This document shows, one piece after another, positions 11,408-23,098 of a stretch of DNA of 62,112 nucleotides. Below the pieces are notes generated by a model. The model saw nothing but the letters and a program-made list of their open reading frames with translations. It made no database searches and was not told where the DNA came from. The first letter of the stretch is position 1. The number at the start of each line of letters is the position of its first letter. Location: assembly GCA_015492495.1 (NCBI GenBank), contig WGEY01000043.1:1-62112 (forward strand), given 5' to 3'. This DNA is from Deltaproteobacteria bacterium (lineage in GTDB: Bacteria > Desulfobacterota > GWC2-55-46 > DRQE01). The translations under genes were made by a program, and so were the position numbers.

Positions 11408-12580
11408 TCAGAAGCGTTCGATCCCCGGCGGTGTCTCGGGTTTTTCCTCCTCTTCGTCTTCCATCCCCTTTTCGAACTCCTTCCAGCCGGCATCACTCGT
11501 GCCGGTGACCCCCTTCACCTTGAGCGCAAAGTCGTCGGGGTTTGAGGATTGCCTCAATGCCTCGTCGTACGAGATCAGGTCCTTGTTCAAAAGCTCCATC
11601 AGCGACTGGTCGAAGGTCTGCATGCCGTAGGTCGTGTGCCCCTTTGCAATGGCGTCCGGTATGTCCTTTGTCTTCTCCTTGTCAACGATGCACTCCCTGA
11701 CCCTTGCGGTTGATATGAGGACCTCCACCGCCGGGACCCTTCCCCTTCCGTCCTTGGTGGGCATGAGCCTCTGGGATATCACGCCCTTAAGCACACCTGC
11801 AAGCTGTATGCGCACCTGCTTCTGCTGGTAGGGAGGGAAGACCGAGACTATCCTGTTTATCGTCTCCATGGCGTCGATGGTGTGGAGGGTGGAGAGAACG
11901 AGGTGCCCTGTCTCAGCCGCCATGAGCGCTATCTCTATGGTCTCGAGATCCCTCATCTCGCCCACCATTATGACGTCCGGATCCTGCCTGAGCGCCCCCC
12001 TGAGAGCCTCGGCAAAGCTCGTTGCGTCCACGCCGATCTCACGCTGGTTGATGATGCTGCGTTTGTCCTTGTGCAGGAACTCTATCGGGTCCTCGACGGT
12101 TATGATGTTGCAGGAGCGGTTGTTGTTTATGTGCTCGAGCATGGCCGCGAGTGTGGTGGATTTTCCGCTGCCGGTGATACCCGTAACAAGTATAAGCCCG
12201 CGCATCTCGGACGAGAGCTTTTCGAGGATCTTCGGCAGGTTGAGTTCATCGAAGTTCTTTATAAGCATGGGGATGACACGCAGGACTATGCCCACAGCCC
12301 CGCGCTGCTGGAATATGTTGACCCTGAACCTGCCCAGCCCGGGCACGCTGTATGCTATGTCGGCCTGGTGGTTTTTTCTGAAGGTCTCTTTCTGTGTGTC
12401 GTTCATGAGCCGCAGGGCGCACTGGGATACGCTGTCCGGGGTGAGCCTCGGGTGGTTCTTTACAGGTATCAGCTTGCCGTATACCCTTAAAATGGGAGGC
12501 AACCCCGCCTTCAGGTGTACGTCCGAGGCCTGTTCCTTCACGGCGAGGTTCAGTATGGCACTCAAGTCGACGCCAGCCAT
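11408..12580 (-). CDS. PilT/PilU-family hexameric ATPase with an acidic C-terminal tail; it lacks the AIRNLIRE PilT signature.
   Basis: Walker A motif GITGSGKSTTLAAM, Asp box GEMRD and His box TGHLVLSTLHT. The region equivalent to AIRNLIRE reads ARVRECIVD. The tail is ...MEDEEEEKPETPPGIERF. Confidence 0.85.
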   Translation of the reverse strand: MAGVDLSAILNLAVKEQASDVHLKAGLPPILRVYGKLIPVKNHPRLTPDSVSQCALRLMNDTQKETFRKNHQADIAYSVPGLGRFRVNIFQQRGAVGIVLRVIPMLIKNFDELNLPKILEKLSSEMRGLILVTGITGSGKSTTLAAMLEHINNNRSCNIITVEDPIEFLHKDKRSIINQREIGVDATSFAEALRGALRQDPDVIMVGEMRDLETIEIALMAAETGHLVLSTLHTIDAMETINRIVSVFPPYQQKQVRIQLAGVLKGVISQRLMPTKDGRGRVPAVEVLISTARVRECIVDKEKTKDIPDAIAKGHTTYGMQTFDQSLMELLNKDLISYDEALRQSSNPDDFALKVKGVTGTSDAGWKEFEKGMEDEEEEKPETPPGIERF

Positions 12581-12583
12581 CTC

Positions 12584-13600
12584 CTATTCCTCCTTGGTTT
12601 TCAATCCATAGTATTCATGCAACCTCTGCTCGAGCTCTATGGCCTTCTCGGGGTTCTCTTTGAAGAAGAGCCTGGCCGCCTCCCTGCCCTGGCCTATTCT
12701 CTCGTCTCCGTACGAGAACCACGAACCGCTCTTCTCCACTATCTTTGCCTTGACCCCGAGGTCTATGAGGTCCCCTTCCTTTGATATGCCCTCGTTGAAC
12801 AGGATATCGAACTCCGCGTCCCTGAACGGCGGGGCTACCTTGTTCTTTACTATCTTTACGCGCGTCCTGTTGCCTATTACCGAGTCCCCGTACTTGATCT
12901 GCCCGATCTTGCGTATGTCCATCCTCACCGACGCATAGAACTTGAGGGCGTTTCCTCCGGTGGTGGTCTCCGGGTTGCCGAAGAAGACCCCTATCTTGTG
13001 GCGTATCTGGTTTATGAAGATCATGCAGGTCCTGCTCTTGCTTATGGTGGCCGTGAGCTTTCTCAGCGCCTGGCTCATGAGCCGGGCCTGGAGACCCATG
13101 TGGGAGTCTCCCATCTCTCCCTCTATCTCGGCCCGCGGCACGAGTGCTGCCACCGAGTCTATGACGATGAGGTCCACGGCACCGCTTCTTACGAGCATGT
13201 CAGCTATCTCGAGCGCCTGCTCGCCTGTATCTGGCTGCGAAAGCAGCAGCTCATCCGGATTGACCCCCAGCTTCTTGGCGTATTCTATGTCGAGCGCATG
13301 TTCCGCATCGATGAACGCGGCGGTTCCGCCCTGCCTCTGCGCCTCAGCTATTATGTGCAGTGTGAGCGTGGTCTTGCCGGATGACTCCGGTCCGAAGACC
13401 TCTACGATCCTGCCTCTGGGCACACCGCCTACACCGAGCGCCACATCGAGGCTCGGTGAGCCGGTTGATATGGCGGGGACGTCGATGCGCGGGGCGTCCT
13501 TTCCGAGGCGCATTATCGAGCCCTTGCCGAACTGTTTTTCTATCTGTCCTATGGCCAGCTCGAGGGCCCTGTTCTTGCTGGATGTGGGAGTAGTTGACAT
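12584..13600 (-). CDS. recA: Recombinase RecA.
   Basis: [12 protein letters not shown] and [17 protein letters not shown]. Start set at MSTTPTSS (13600), which has AAAGGAGG upstream. Confidence 0.97.
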   Translation of the reverse strand: MSTTPTSSKNRALELAIGQIEKQFGKGSIMRLGKDAPRIDVPAISTGSPSLDVALGVGGVPRGRIVEVFGPESSGKTTLTLHIIAEAQRQGGTAAFIDAEHALDIEYAKKLGVNPDELLLSQPDTGEQALEIADMLVRSGAVDLIVIDSVAALVPRAEIEGEMGDSHMGLQARLMSQALRKLTATISKSRTCMIFINQIRHKIGVFFGNPETTTGGNALKFYASVRMDIRKIGQIKYGDSVIGNRTRVKIVKNKVAPPFRDAEFDILFNEGISKEGDLIDLGVKAKIVEKSGSWFSYGDERIGQGREAARLFFKENPEKAIELEQRLHEYYGLKTKEE

Positions 13601-13742
13601 TATGAAGACCTCCTTTCGTTGACCGGCCGGAACTTCTCCGGGCCGGCCCTTCCCCTTCGGTTGCATACTTACCTAATAATATATTCGCCGTTCGGCCTTT
13701 TAGCAAGCATCCTTGCGGTCTGCCTCGATAATATCCGCAGTT

Positions 13743-14312
13743 CTATCCCTTGAGCTCGACGGCCTTCAGCACGGTGTGCACGGCTCCGGTGGGCTTTAGG
13801 TCGCTTCTGTAAAGTATAACCTCTCTTACGGAAAAAGCCACGGCCGTCTTCTCTTTGACCGTGCCTGCCCGCCTGCCGAGCGCCCTGCGGTCTGCCGGGT
13901 TCTTTATCCTGCAGATGGTGATATGCGGGTGGAACCCCTTTTTATCCCGTTCAAATCCTATTGCCTCCAGGCGTTTTTCTATCTTCTCGTAAAGGAGTCT
14001 CAGCTCGGGGCTTTCCTCGATGCCTATCCATAGGACCCTCGGGCGATCAAGGCTCGGGAACCCGCCCAGGCCGTCGGTCCTTAACTCGAAGCCCCCAACA
14101 CCGCATGCGGCATCCTCCAGTGCCGCCGTAACATCCTCGATAAACCCGGCGTCTATATCGCCTATGAACCTGACCGTAAGGTGCATGGATTCGACCTTGG
14201 GCCAGGATGCCTTTACAGGGGACTTTTTCAGCTCCTCCTGCACCCTCTTGAGCGCCTCTTTCACTTCGTCCGGCAGGTCTATGGCTATGAACGCCCTTAT
14301 CTTTTCCTTCAA
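13743..14312 (-). CDS. thpR: RNA 2',3'-cyclic phosphodiesterase (2H family, LigT/ThpR).
   Basis: Two H-x-T motifs (MHLTVRF and HPHITICR) in a 189-aa protein. Confidence 0.85.
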   Translation of the reverse strand: MKEKIRAFIAIDLPDEVKEALKRVQEELKKSPVKASWPKVESMHLTVRFIGDIDAGFIEDVTAALEDAACGVGGFELRTDGLGGFPSLDRPRVLWIGIEESPELRLLYEKIEKRLEAIGFERDKKGFHPHITICRIKNPADRRALGRRAGTVKEKTAVAFSVREVILYRSDLKPTGAVHTVLKAVELKG

Positions 14313-14314
14313 CT

Positions 14315-14794
14315 CTATGTTTCGGTAAGAAAGTCCAGAAGTAGGCGGAGTGCAGAGGCGGCTGCCTCCTTCTTTATAACGCCCCTTGAGCCGCTCAGCT
14401 TGAGTCTCTTTACCTTTGCCCTGTTGTTCCAGGCAAGGGCTATGAAGACCGTTCCGACGGGTTTTTTACTGCTCCCCCCGGCAGGCCCGGCGATACCTGT
14501 GACGGCGAGCCCGATATCGCTTTTAAGCTTCTTTTTTACACCCACAGCCATCTCCTTCGCCGTCTTGGAGGAGACCGCTCCGTACCCTTTCAATGTCTCC
14601 GGGGAGACCCCGAGGAGGTCTTTTTTCACCTCGTTGCTGTAGGCGATTATACCGCCTTTGAACCACACGGAGCTTCCGGGTACACCCGTTATCATATGCC
14701 CCACGAGCCCGCCGGTGCAGGATTCAGCGACCGCTATCATCATACTTCTTTCAGAGAGCAACCGCCCGACCGCCCTCTGTAACACTATACCCAT
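14315..14794 (-). CDS. pncC: CinA C-terminal-domain protein / nicotinamide-nucleotide amidohydrolase.
   Basis: 159 aa with AVAESCTGGLVGHMIT and GIAGPAGG, the CinA/PncC signature. No MoCF-binding N-terminal domain. Confidence 0.85.
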   Translation of the reverse strand: MGIVLQRAVGRLLSERSMMIAVAESCTGGLVGHMITGVPGSSVWFKGGIIAYSNEVKKDLLGVSPETLKGYGAVSSKTAKEMAVGVKKKLKSDIGLAVTGIAGPAGGSSKKPVGTVFIALAWNNRAKVKRLKLSGSRGVIKKEAAASALRLLLDFLTET

Positions 14795-15330
14795 GATACA
14801 ATCCCCGTTATGATATGGACGCAGATGTTGGCGTAGATTCCGGCTGCCACGTCGTCGAGGACTATGCCCGCTCCGCCCTTGATCCGTCTGTCGAGGATGC
14901 CGATCGGAAACGGCTTAAGGATATCAAAAATCCTGAAAAGAATAAAGGCCAATATCATGTTGAGCGGCGTGAACGGCACCATGAAAGCGGCCACAACGAA
15001 GCCGGCGACCTCGTCGCAGACTATGCTTCCGGGATCCCTGCCCCCTATTATCCCTTTCGCCATTCCGGCGAAGAGGATCGAGGCAAAAACGGTGAGCACC
15101 ACAGCGAAGATACCTCTACCAGGGCCAAGCACGGATATGCCGTAGGCCATCGGTATACCCCATAGTGTCCCGATCGTCCCCGGGGCAAGCGGCGAGTAGC
15201 CAAGGAAGGTTCCGGTGGCAAAGAAAAGAATTATCGTCTTCCTCAAGTCCTGTAAGCCGCGGAATCGTCGTAAGGTCGCCTGTTTGTGTCGTCGCTGGGG
15301 CGCAGCGGCCACTGCGTTCGCAACGATCAC
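14785..15330 (-). CDS. pgpA: Phosphatidylglycerophosphatase A.
   Basis: LAPGTIGTLWGIP motif and a hydrophobic profile typical of PgpA. The true start may be internal to the track ORF. Confidence 0.8.
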   Translation of the reverse strand: MIVANAVAAAPQRRHKQATLRRFRGLQDLRKTIILFFATGTFLGYSPLAPGTIGTLWGIPMAYGISVLGPGRGIFAVVLTVFASILFAGMAKGIIGGRDPGSIVCDEVAGFVVAAFMVPFTPLNMILAFILFRIFDILKPFPIGILDRRIKGGAGIVLDDVAAGIYANICVHIITGIVSWV

Positions 15331-15421
15331 CTTAAGCCCCTCTCAACGGCCCCGCCGTCTCCTTTATTTTCCCGCCCTATGGCGGGAGGTTGTCCCGACA
15401 ACCGCCGGATCTTCTCGGTCT

Positions 15422-16513
15422 TCAGAAGATATACCTTCTCATCCTTATATTCATCAGAAGCCATATGCCTATGAGCATCGTGAGCAGGAAGGAGCCTCCG
15501 TAGCTCAGAAACGGCAGAGGCACGCCCACTACCGGCAGAAATCCCATGATCATCCCGATGTTTATGATCACGTGCCAGAACAACATGGAGGTGATGCCGA
15601 ACGCAAGAAGGAAGCCGAACCTGTCCTTGGAGTTTGCGGCCGTGTCGATGCCGCGCATTATCAGGATGAGAAAGAGTGCGAGTACGGCGACCGAGCCAAC
15701 GAACCCCCATTCCTCGGCCAGTATGGGAAATATGAAGTCCGTGTGGTGGGCCGGCAGAAACATCAGGCTTCCCTGCGTGCCTTGTGTGAAGCCCTTCCCG
15801 AAGAACCCTCCGCTTCCTATGGCTATCTTGGACTGGAGCGTGTGGTAGCCCGAACCGAGCGGGTCCATGGTCGGATCCAGAAAACTGAGAAGCCTCGCCT
15901 TCTGGTAGCTCTTCAAGGACCACCAACCCACCGGCACCATCGCCGCAAAGGCCGCTGCGAGCGAGACGAGGGTGGAGAGCCTCACCTTGGATATCAGTAT
16001 CATCGAAGAAAATATGAACAGGAATATGAGCGCCGTGCCGAGGTCCGGCTGCTTGGCTACGAGCAGGAACGGCAGAAGGACGAGAACGGCCGGAACCATG
16101 AGCTCCTTCCACCCCATCCCCCTGGGGTCAACCTGCTTTGAACTCAGGTTCCTGGCGAGTGCTATGACGAATGCGACCTTCGCAAACTCCGAGGGCTGGA
16201 ATGATATGAAGCCCAGGGAGATCCACCTCTGCGCACCGCCCATGGTCTTACCAAAAAACAGGGCGAAGAGGAGCGTGATGAGAGACAGTCCGTAGATGAC
16301 ATAAGCGAACCTCTCCAGTATCAAGTAGTCGATGACGAGCGCCGGCACGATGATGACCAGCCCTATGAAGAGCCAGTAGAGCTGCTTGTGGTAGAAGGCG
16401 GGCTCAAAGGTGTGCGTGGCGCTGTAGATGCAGGATATTCCTACAAGCGCGAGCAGGAGCGTTATAGTAAATATGAGCCAGTCTATCTGCGCGAGGTAGC
16501 GGTTCCTTGTCAT
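15422..16513 (-). CDS. rodA: SEDS-family peptidoglycan polymerase RodA.
   Basis: 363 aa with about 10 TM helices and FQPSEFAKV. Start overlaps the mrdA stop. Confidence 0.9.
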   Translation of the reverse strand: MTRNRYLAQIDWLIFTITLLLALVGISCIYSATHTFEPAFYHKQLYWLFIGLVIIVPALVIDYLILERFAYVIYGLSLITLLFALFFGKTMGGAQRWISLGFISFQPSEFAKVAFVIALARNLSSKQVDPRGMGWKELMVPAVLVLLPFLLVAKQPDLGTALIFLFIFSSMILISKVRLSTLVSLAAAFAAMVPVGWWSLKSYQKARLLSFLDPTMDPLGSGYHTLQSKIAIGSGGFFGKGFTQGTQGSLMFLPAHHTDFIFPILAEEWGFVGSVAVLALFLILIMRGIDTAANSKDRFGFLLAFGITSMLFWHVIINIGMIMGFLPVVGVPLPFLSYGGSFLLTMLIGIWLLMNIRMRRYIF

Positions 16514-18435
16514 AGGCTCTTCCAGGCCTCTTTTTCCTTTGCCAGTACTTCATCCGCGGCGGTGTTCACATCGCGCGTCCTGTATGCCGGTTCGGTGCCG
16601 GTGCCGGGTACGCCGCCTTTAAGGTACGCGCTTATGACCTTCAGCGCGACAGGCGCCGCGGCCCTTGCGCCGAATCCGCCGTGCTCCACTATCACGGCCA
16701 CGACTATACGCGGGTCGTCGTAAGGGGCGAATCCCACGAACCAAGCATGGTCACGTAGCCTGTAAGGTATCTTTTCAATATCCCTTATCCTCTCCTTCAT
16801 CCTCACCACTTGGGCCGTGCCGGTCTTGCCGGCTATCCTAAGCCCGCCTACGTTCAGCCCCTTGGCCGTTCCGTTCTCCTCTTCCACCACCCCCCTGAGC
16901 GCCCTTTTCAGTATGGCGAGTGTTTCGGCGGATACCCGGACCCTGCCCTTCTCTTTGGGGTTGAACTTCTGGAGTACCCTGCCTTCCGGGTCTTCTATGC
17001 TTTCCATGAGCTGCGGCACGAAGAGCCGGCCACCGTTTGCTATGGCGGCGTATGCGTTCAGGATCTGAAGCGGGGTGGTGAGCATGAAGCCCTGGCCCAC
17101 GGCAACCGATATGGTCTCACCGTCGTACCACGGGGTGCCGTGGACCTTCATCTTCCACTCGTTCGAAGGCACAAGCCCTGTCTGCTCATTCCCCACCCCT
17201 ATGCCGGTGGGCTCGCCTAATCCGAACTCCCTCGCATAGTGTGCGAGCCTTTCAAGCCCCACCCTCAGCCCCAACTGGTAGAAGAAGGTGTCGGCCGACT
17301 CGACTATGGCCGTATATACCCCCACCTTTCCGTGTCCTTCCTCCTTCCAGTCGCGGTATTCACGCCCCCCGTACCAGAACGAAGGACCGGAAAGAAGCCT
17401 TGTAGCCGGCTCTATTATGCCCTCTTCGAGTGCGGCCGCAGCGGTTATTACCTTGAAGGTGGATGCCGGAGGGTACTGGCCCTGGATGGTCCTGTTCGTC
17501 AGCACCTTGAACGGATTGCTTATTATCGCCCTCCATTCCTCGCGCGATATGCCGTCTGTGAGGTCGTTGGGGTCGAATGAAGGGCTGCTGACCATGGCCA
17601 GTATCTTGCCGTTTCTCGGGTCCATGGCTACCACCGCGCCGGCCCGCCCTTCCATGGCCTCCCACGCCGCCAGCTGTGTCGGCAGGTCTATGGTAAGCCG
17701 CACGTTGTTTCCGGGATAGGGCGGGATGTTTTTTATGACCTTTATGATCCTGCCCGTTGCGTCGACCTCGACCTGCCTGCCGCCGTCTGTGCCCCTGAGG
17801 ACATCCTCGAATGTCGCCTCGATGCCTGATTTGCCGATCTTGTCTCCGCGCCTGTAGGGGTTGTTTTCCCTCTTCCTGTATCGCGCGTACTGTTTTTCGC
17901 TTATCTCGCCGAGGTACCCCAGAAGGTGCGCCGTAACCGACTTGTAGGGATATGTCCTTTTCGGGCCGACCTCTATGACAACGCCCGGCAGCTCGAACTT
18001 GTAGGCCGCAACCCTGGCCATCTCCTCCCAGGTGAGGTCCTCTTTCAGCTTTATCGCGCGGAAGGGGGCCCGCCCCTTGGCCTTCTTCAACCTCTTTTCA
18101 ATGGTTTTTTCGTCGATGTCCACGGCCTCTATGAGAATCCTCTTCGTCTTGTCCCAGTCATCTACGTCCTCGGGTATGACCAGGAGGTCGAACCCAGGCC
18201 TGTTTTCAGCAAGCCTTATGCCGTTACGGTCTATGATGAGCCCTCTGGGCGCCGGGGTTCTCGTAAGGCGTATCCTGTTGTTCTGGGAGAGCTCGCTGAA
18301 GTACTCCCCCTTCATGATCTGCAGGTACCAGAGCCTTGCAACAAGTATGAAAAACGCGAAAAAGACCACGCCTATGATAACAAAGACCCTTTCTCTTAGA
18401 TCCCCCGGATCCTTGTCTGTAAAGTGGTCCTTCAC
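16510..18435 (-). CDS. mrdA: Penicillin-binding protein 2 (elongasome transpeptidase).
   Basis: STFK, KTGTA and an N-terminal TM anchor. The likely start is the GTG at 18435, which overlaps the mreD stop (GTGA). The track ORF runs on to 18483. Confidence 0.88.
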   Translation of the reverse strand: MKDHFTDKDPGDLRERVFVIIGVVFFAFFILVARLWYLQIMKGEYFSELSQNNRIRLTRTPAPRGLIIDRNGIRLAENRPGFDLLVIPEDVDDWDKTKRILIEAVDIDEKTIEKRLKKAKGRAPFRAIKLKEDLTWEEMARVAAYKFELPGVVIEVGPKRTYPYKSVTAHLLGYLGEISEKQYARYRKRENNPYRRGDKIGKSGIEATFEDVLRGTDGGRQVEVDATGRIIKVIKNIPPYPGNNVRLTIDLPTQLAAWEAMEGRAGAVVAMDPRNGKILAMVSSPSFDPNDLTDGISREEWRAIISNPFKVLTNRTIQGQYPPASTFKVITAAAALEEGIIEPATRLLSGPSFWYGGREYRDWKEEGHGKVGVYTAIVESADTFFYQLGLRVGLERLAHYAREFGLGEPTGIGVGNEQTGLVPSNEWKMKVHGTPWYDGETISVAVGQGFMLTTPLQILNAYAAIANGGRLFVPQLMESIEDPEGRVLQKFNPKEKGRVRVSAETLAILKRALRGVVEEENGTAKGLNVGGLRIAGKTGTAQVVRMKERIRDIEKIPYRLRDHAWFVGFAPYDDPRIVVAVIVEHGGFGARAAAPVALKVISAYLKGGVPGTGTEPAYRTRDVNTAADEVLAKEKEAWKSL

Positions 18436-18920
18436 CGCTGTCCTCCTCCTGCAACACCCGTAATCTTTACGGCTTTGAGCCACGTGAAAAAGGCTATGAA
18501 TACAGGCGCAAATAGCCCGGTGACCGTGGCCGCAAGAAGCATCCGCGGCAGAAACGGAACGTCGAGGTCCGTAAGACTGAGAAGTATCCAGATGAGAATA
18601 CCCTTTGTCAGGGTTAATGTGCCGGCCAGCGCGGCCCTGACCGAGGGGTTCGAAAAGTGGACCCTGCGTGATATTAGGTGCACTGCGGCGTATATGAAGA
18701 CGAGTGAGAAGGCCGTGGTGCCGATGATGCCGCCGTTGAAGACATCCTCCACGTAGCCCAGGACAAAGCTCAATACCACCCCCTCTACCGAAGACCTTTC
18801 ATAAGCCATGAACAGTACCGCCAGCACCGTTATGTCGGGGAGGGGCAGCCCCGGAGCGATGGTGCTCTTGAAGGAAAGGTAGAGTATTGTGACGGGGAGG
18901 AAAATCAGGAAGTTCTTCAT
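18432..18920 (-). CDS. mreD: Rod shape-determining protein MreD.
   Basis: 162-aa polytopic membrane protein between mreC and mrdA. Start overlaps the mreC stop. Confidence 0.8.
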   Translation of the reverse strand: MKNFLIFLPVTILYLSFKSTIAPGLPLPDITVLAVLFMAYERSSVEGVVLSFVLGYVEDVFNGGIIGTTAFSLVFIYAAVHLISRRVHFSNPSVRAALAGTLTLTKGILIWILLSLTDLDVPFLPRMLLAATVTGLFAPVFIAFFTWLKAVKITGVAGGGQR

Positions 18921-19834
18921 AGGGGCTTCCTCCTTTTGCGTCCGGACTCGCGGCCGAACGGCTCATGTGCCCCGGTGCCCTCCATCTTTCCCTGTTTCAT
19001 TGATATGCCGCCGCCTGTGACTATGAGGACCTCTTCGAGCCTCCTGAAGTCCGCGGCGGGCCGAAGCTCTATGCGTTTGAAGAAGTTGTCCTCACCCTTG
19101 TCGACCGAGACGACCTCTCCGACGAGCAACCCCTTGGGGAATATGGTGGAGAGCCCGGCCGTCACGACCCGGTCACCGGGGATTACGTCATCGAGCTGCC
19201 TTACGTACTTTAGGATCAACCCCCCGGAACCGTCGCCCTCCACCACACCCTTCACCCTTGTACGCTGGATTATGACGTCGATGTTCGACCGGGGGTCCGT
19301 AAGCAGGAGTACGGTAGAGGTGAACCTGTTGGTTTCGACTATTCTCCCCACGATCCCCTGCGGGGTGACCACAGGCATGCCGGCCTTGATTCCGTCGCCC
19401 GAGCCCTTGTTTATGGCAAGCGTTCTCATCCATTCGCCGCCCGGGCCGAAGCTGCTGAAGCCGAGTATCTCGGCGGCGACCGTCTTTACAGGGGTCTTGT
19501 CCTTGAAGCGAAGCAGTTCCTTGAGCCTCGCATTCAGACCCAGTTCTTCCTTGAGCCTGTTGTTTTCCTCGACGAGCTGGTTGATCGTCCTGCGAAGTCC
19601 TTCGTTCTCTTCGCTCAGGCCTACCAGGTATATGTAGCCGTTCCAGACGCCGACCACCTTCGAGCGGATACCGATGAGAGCACTTTGAACGGGTTTGGTT
19701 ACGACCGAAAGGACGCTCCTTACTATTACGTCCCCGCCGGTGCCTTTTCTGGTGGTTGATACCAGGTGCAGTGAGACAAGGCAGAGGATTACCGAGGCGA
19801 GTATTACCTGGTGTCTCTTTATGAAAGAGAGCAT
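18917..19834 (-). CDS. mreC: Rod shape-determining protein MreC.
   Basis: N-terminal anchor, a coiled-coil segment (LVEENNRLKEEL) and a beta-rich C-terminal part. Lies directly downstream of mreB. Confidence 0.9.
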   Translation of the reverse strand: MLSFIKRHQVILASVILCLVSLHLVSTTRKGTGGDVIVRSVLSVVTKPVQSALIGIRSKVVGVWNGYIYLVGLSEENEGLRRTINQLVEENNRLKEELGLNARLKELLRFKDKTPVKTVAAEILGFSSFGPGGEWMRTLAINKGSGDGIKAGMPVVTPQGIVGRIVETNRFTSTVLLLTDPRSNIDVIIQRTRVKGVVEGDGSGGLILKYVRQLDDVIPGDRVVTAGLSTIFPKGLLVGEVVSVDKGEDNFFKRIELRPAADFRRLEEVLIVTGGGISMKQGKMEGTGAHEPFGRESGRKRRKPL

Positions 19835-19836
19835 AT

Positions 19837-20928
<1,092 letters not shown>

Positions 20929-20959
20929 TTATTGGCAAGCGGAAAATTCGTCAAAAAGG

Positions 20960-20988
20960 TTGAATTTATAAAGAAAATCTATTAATAT
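20960..20988 (+). promoter_or_regulatory. Candidate sigma-70 promoter for ppiD.
   Basis: TTGAAT (20960-20965), a 17-nt spacer, then TAATAT (20983-20988), in the AT-rich mreB/ppiD divergent intergenic region. Confidence 0.35.
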
Positions 20989-21107
20989 ACTCAAACTCCG
21001 AAGCCTTTTCTCACCCCTGTGCAAAATCCCCGGACGATCTGCAGGAGTGATTGACTCGGCCTTGTGACATTAACTTTAACTACCATTACCTAAAAGGGGG
21101 TTCTTTG

Positions 21108-23030
21108 ATGCTCGATTTCCTGAGGAAGAAGCGCCAGTCTCTGTTTATAATACTTATATTCTTCGTAATTATCATCGGATTCGTATTCTGGGGCGTCGGC
21201 CCTACCGGCACGAAGAAGGGAGCCGCCCCTGAGGTCGTGGCCAGGGTCGACGGGGTGCCTATCACAGCCACGGAGTACGCGAACCTCTACAGGAGACAAC
21301 TCGATTATTACAGGGATGTCTTCAAGGACCGGCTAACCGATGATCTCCTTGAGAGGCTCAACCTAAGGCAGAGGACCCTCGATGCGCTCATCGACAGGCT
21401 GCTTATCCTCAACGAGGCCTCCAGGCAGAAGGTCAGGGTCGGTAAGGAAGAGGTCCAGAAAAGGATCATGTCGCTTCCGATATTCCAAAAGGACGGGGCC
21501 TTTGACAAAGAGCTCTACTTCACGATACTCCAGAGGAACCGCATAAAGCCCGCTGACTTCGAAAAGAGCGTGGAACATGAGCTCCTCATAGAGAAGATGC
21601 GGGACACCATCATCCGGGACATCGCCGTAAGTGACGAAGAGGTGAGAAGGGCCTTTACGAGGGAGAACAGGCTCGTTGCCTTTGACTACATACGGATCGA
21701 TCCCAAGGCGTTCCTGGCGCAGGTGAAGGTGGACGATGACGAGGCGAGGGATTTTTTCAGGAAGAACGGGGAGAGGTTCATGGTGCCCACCAGGCTCAAG
21801 GCCTTCTTAGCCTACGTGGACAAGGACGGGTTTGTGGACGAGGTGGAGGTCCCGGAGGAGGAGCTCAGGAGCTATTACGAAAGGCATATCTCCGATTACC
21901 GCGAGCCCAAGCAGGTGCGTGCAAGACACATACTGATAAGGCCCGAGCGTTCCATAGAGAACAGGGAAGAGGCGCTGAAGGCGGCCAAGGAGAAGGCCGA
22001 GGCCATATTGAAGAGGCTAAAGGCCGGAGAGGACTTTGCCGAGCTGGCACGCGAGTTCTCACAGGACCCGGGTTCCGCGTCAAAGGGCGGGGACCTCGGG
22101 TACTTCGGCCGCGGGACCGTGGTACAACCGTTTGAAGAGGCTGCCTTTGCCCTGGAAAAGGGCCAGTTGAGCGATCTGGTGGAGACGGAGTACGGTTTCC
22201 ACATAATCAGGGTCGATGATATAAGGGGCGGAAAGACCACACCGTTTGAAGAGGCCCGGAAAGAGATCGAGATGATACTCAAGCGCGAAAGGTCCCAGGA
22301 GGAGGCCAGAAAGAGGATGGTGGCCTTCCGCAGGCTCTTCGAGGAGGGGGCCTCACTTGAGACGCTCGAAAAAGAGGCGTCAGGACGAGGCATAAGGACA
22401 CGTCTTACTGGCTTTTTCACCGAACAGGACCGGGGTGAGGAGCTCGTGAGGGACGCTAAACTCCGTGATGCGGTCTTCACCCTTGAGGCAGGAGGTGTGA
22501 GCCGTATAGTGGAGACCCCGCAGAGGTTCTACGTGATAAAGGTCGTTGAAAGGGTGGAAAGGCATGTTCCTCCATACGAGGATGTGGCCGACAAGGTGAA
22601 GGAGACGCTCTTGAGAGAGAAGGCGAGAAAGCTTGCAAGGAAGAAGGCCGAGGATCTCCTCAAGGCCGCGCTCGATGGCAGGGATTTCAGGAAGCTCGCA
22701 AAAGAGGCCGGTGTGAACGTCGAGAGGACGGACTTCTTCACCCTCTCGCACGGGTTCGTTCCCGGCGTAGGCATATTCGTTGGGGACAGGGAGGATCTTT
22801 TTGACCTGGAAAGGGATAATCCATACTACCCCGAGCTCATATCGCACGCCGGAGGCTTCTATGTCTTCAGGCTCGCCGCCACAAAGGGTGTCGACGAAAA
22901 GAGGTTCGAGGAGCAGAAGGCAGAGCTCACGCAGCGCCTTCTGGAAAAGAAGAGGCAGGATGCCGTAAGAAAGTGGCTTTCAGAGCTCAGGAGCAAGGCC
23001 GAGATTACGGTCAACGAGGACCTCCTGTGA
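21108..23030 (+). CDS. ppiD: Periplasmic chaperone / peptidyl-prolyl isomerase PpiD.
   Basis: N-terminal anchor (LFIILIFFVIIIGFVFWG), a SurA-N-like region and a parvulin domain (ARHILI...GGDLGYFGRGTVVQPFEEAAF). Start at the ATG at 21108. Confidence 0.85.
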   Translation: MLDFLRKKRQSLFIILIFFVIIIGFVFWGVGPTGTKKGAAPEVVARVDGVPITATEYANLYRRQLDYYRDVFKDRLTDDLLERLNLRQRTLDALIDRLLILNEASRQKVRVGKEEVQKRIMSLPIFQKDGAFDKELYFTILQRNRIKPADFEKSVEHELLIEKMRDTIIRDIAVSDEEVRRAFTRENRLVAFDYIRIDPKAFLAQVKVDDDEARDFFRKNGERFMVPTRLKAFLAYVDKDGFVDEVEVPEEELRSYYERHISDYREPKQVRARHILIRPERSIENREEALKAAKEKAEAILKRLKAGEDFAELAREFSQDPGSASKGGDLGYFGRGTVVQPFEEAAFALEKGQLSDLVETEYGFHIIRVDDIRGGKTTPFEEARKEIEMILKRERSQEEARKRMVAFRRLFEEGASLETLEKEASGRGIRTRLTGFFTEQDRGEELVRDAKLRDAVFTLEAGGVSRIVETPQRFYVIKVVERVERHVPPYEDVADKVKETLLREKARKLARKKAEDLLKAALDGRDFRKLAKEAGVNVERTDFFTLSHGFVPGVGIFVGDREDLFDLERDNPYYPELISHAGGFYVFRLAATKGVDEKRFEEQKAELTQRLLEKKRQDAVRKWLSELRSKAEITVNEDLL

Positions 23031-23098
23031 TTCGTATGGCGCTCGCTGTGTGTCTCCGCTTGGCTCCGGTATGTAAATTTTCATGTCGAGGTTGATCT

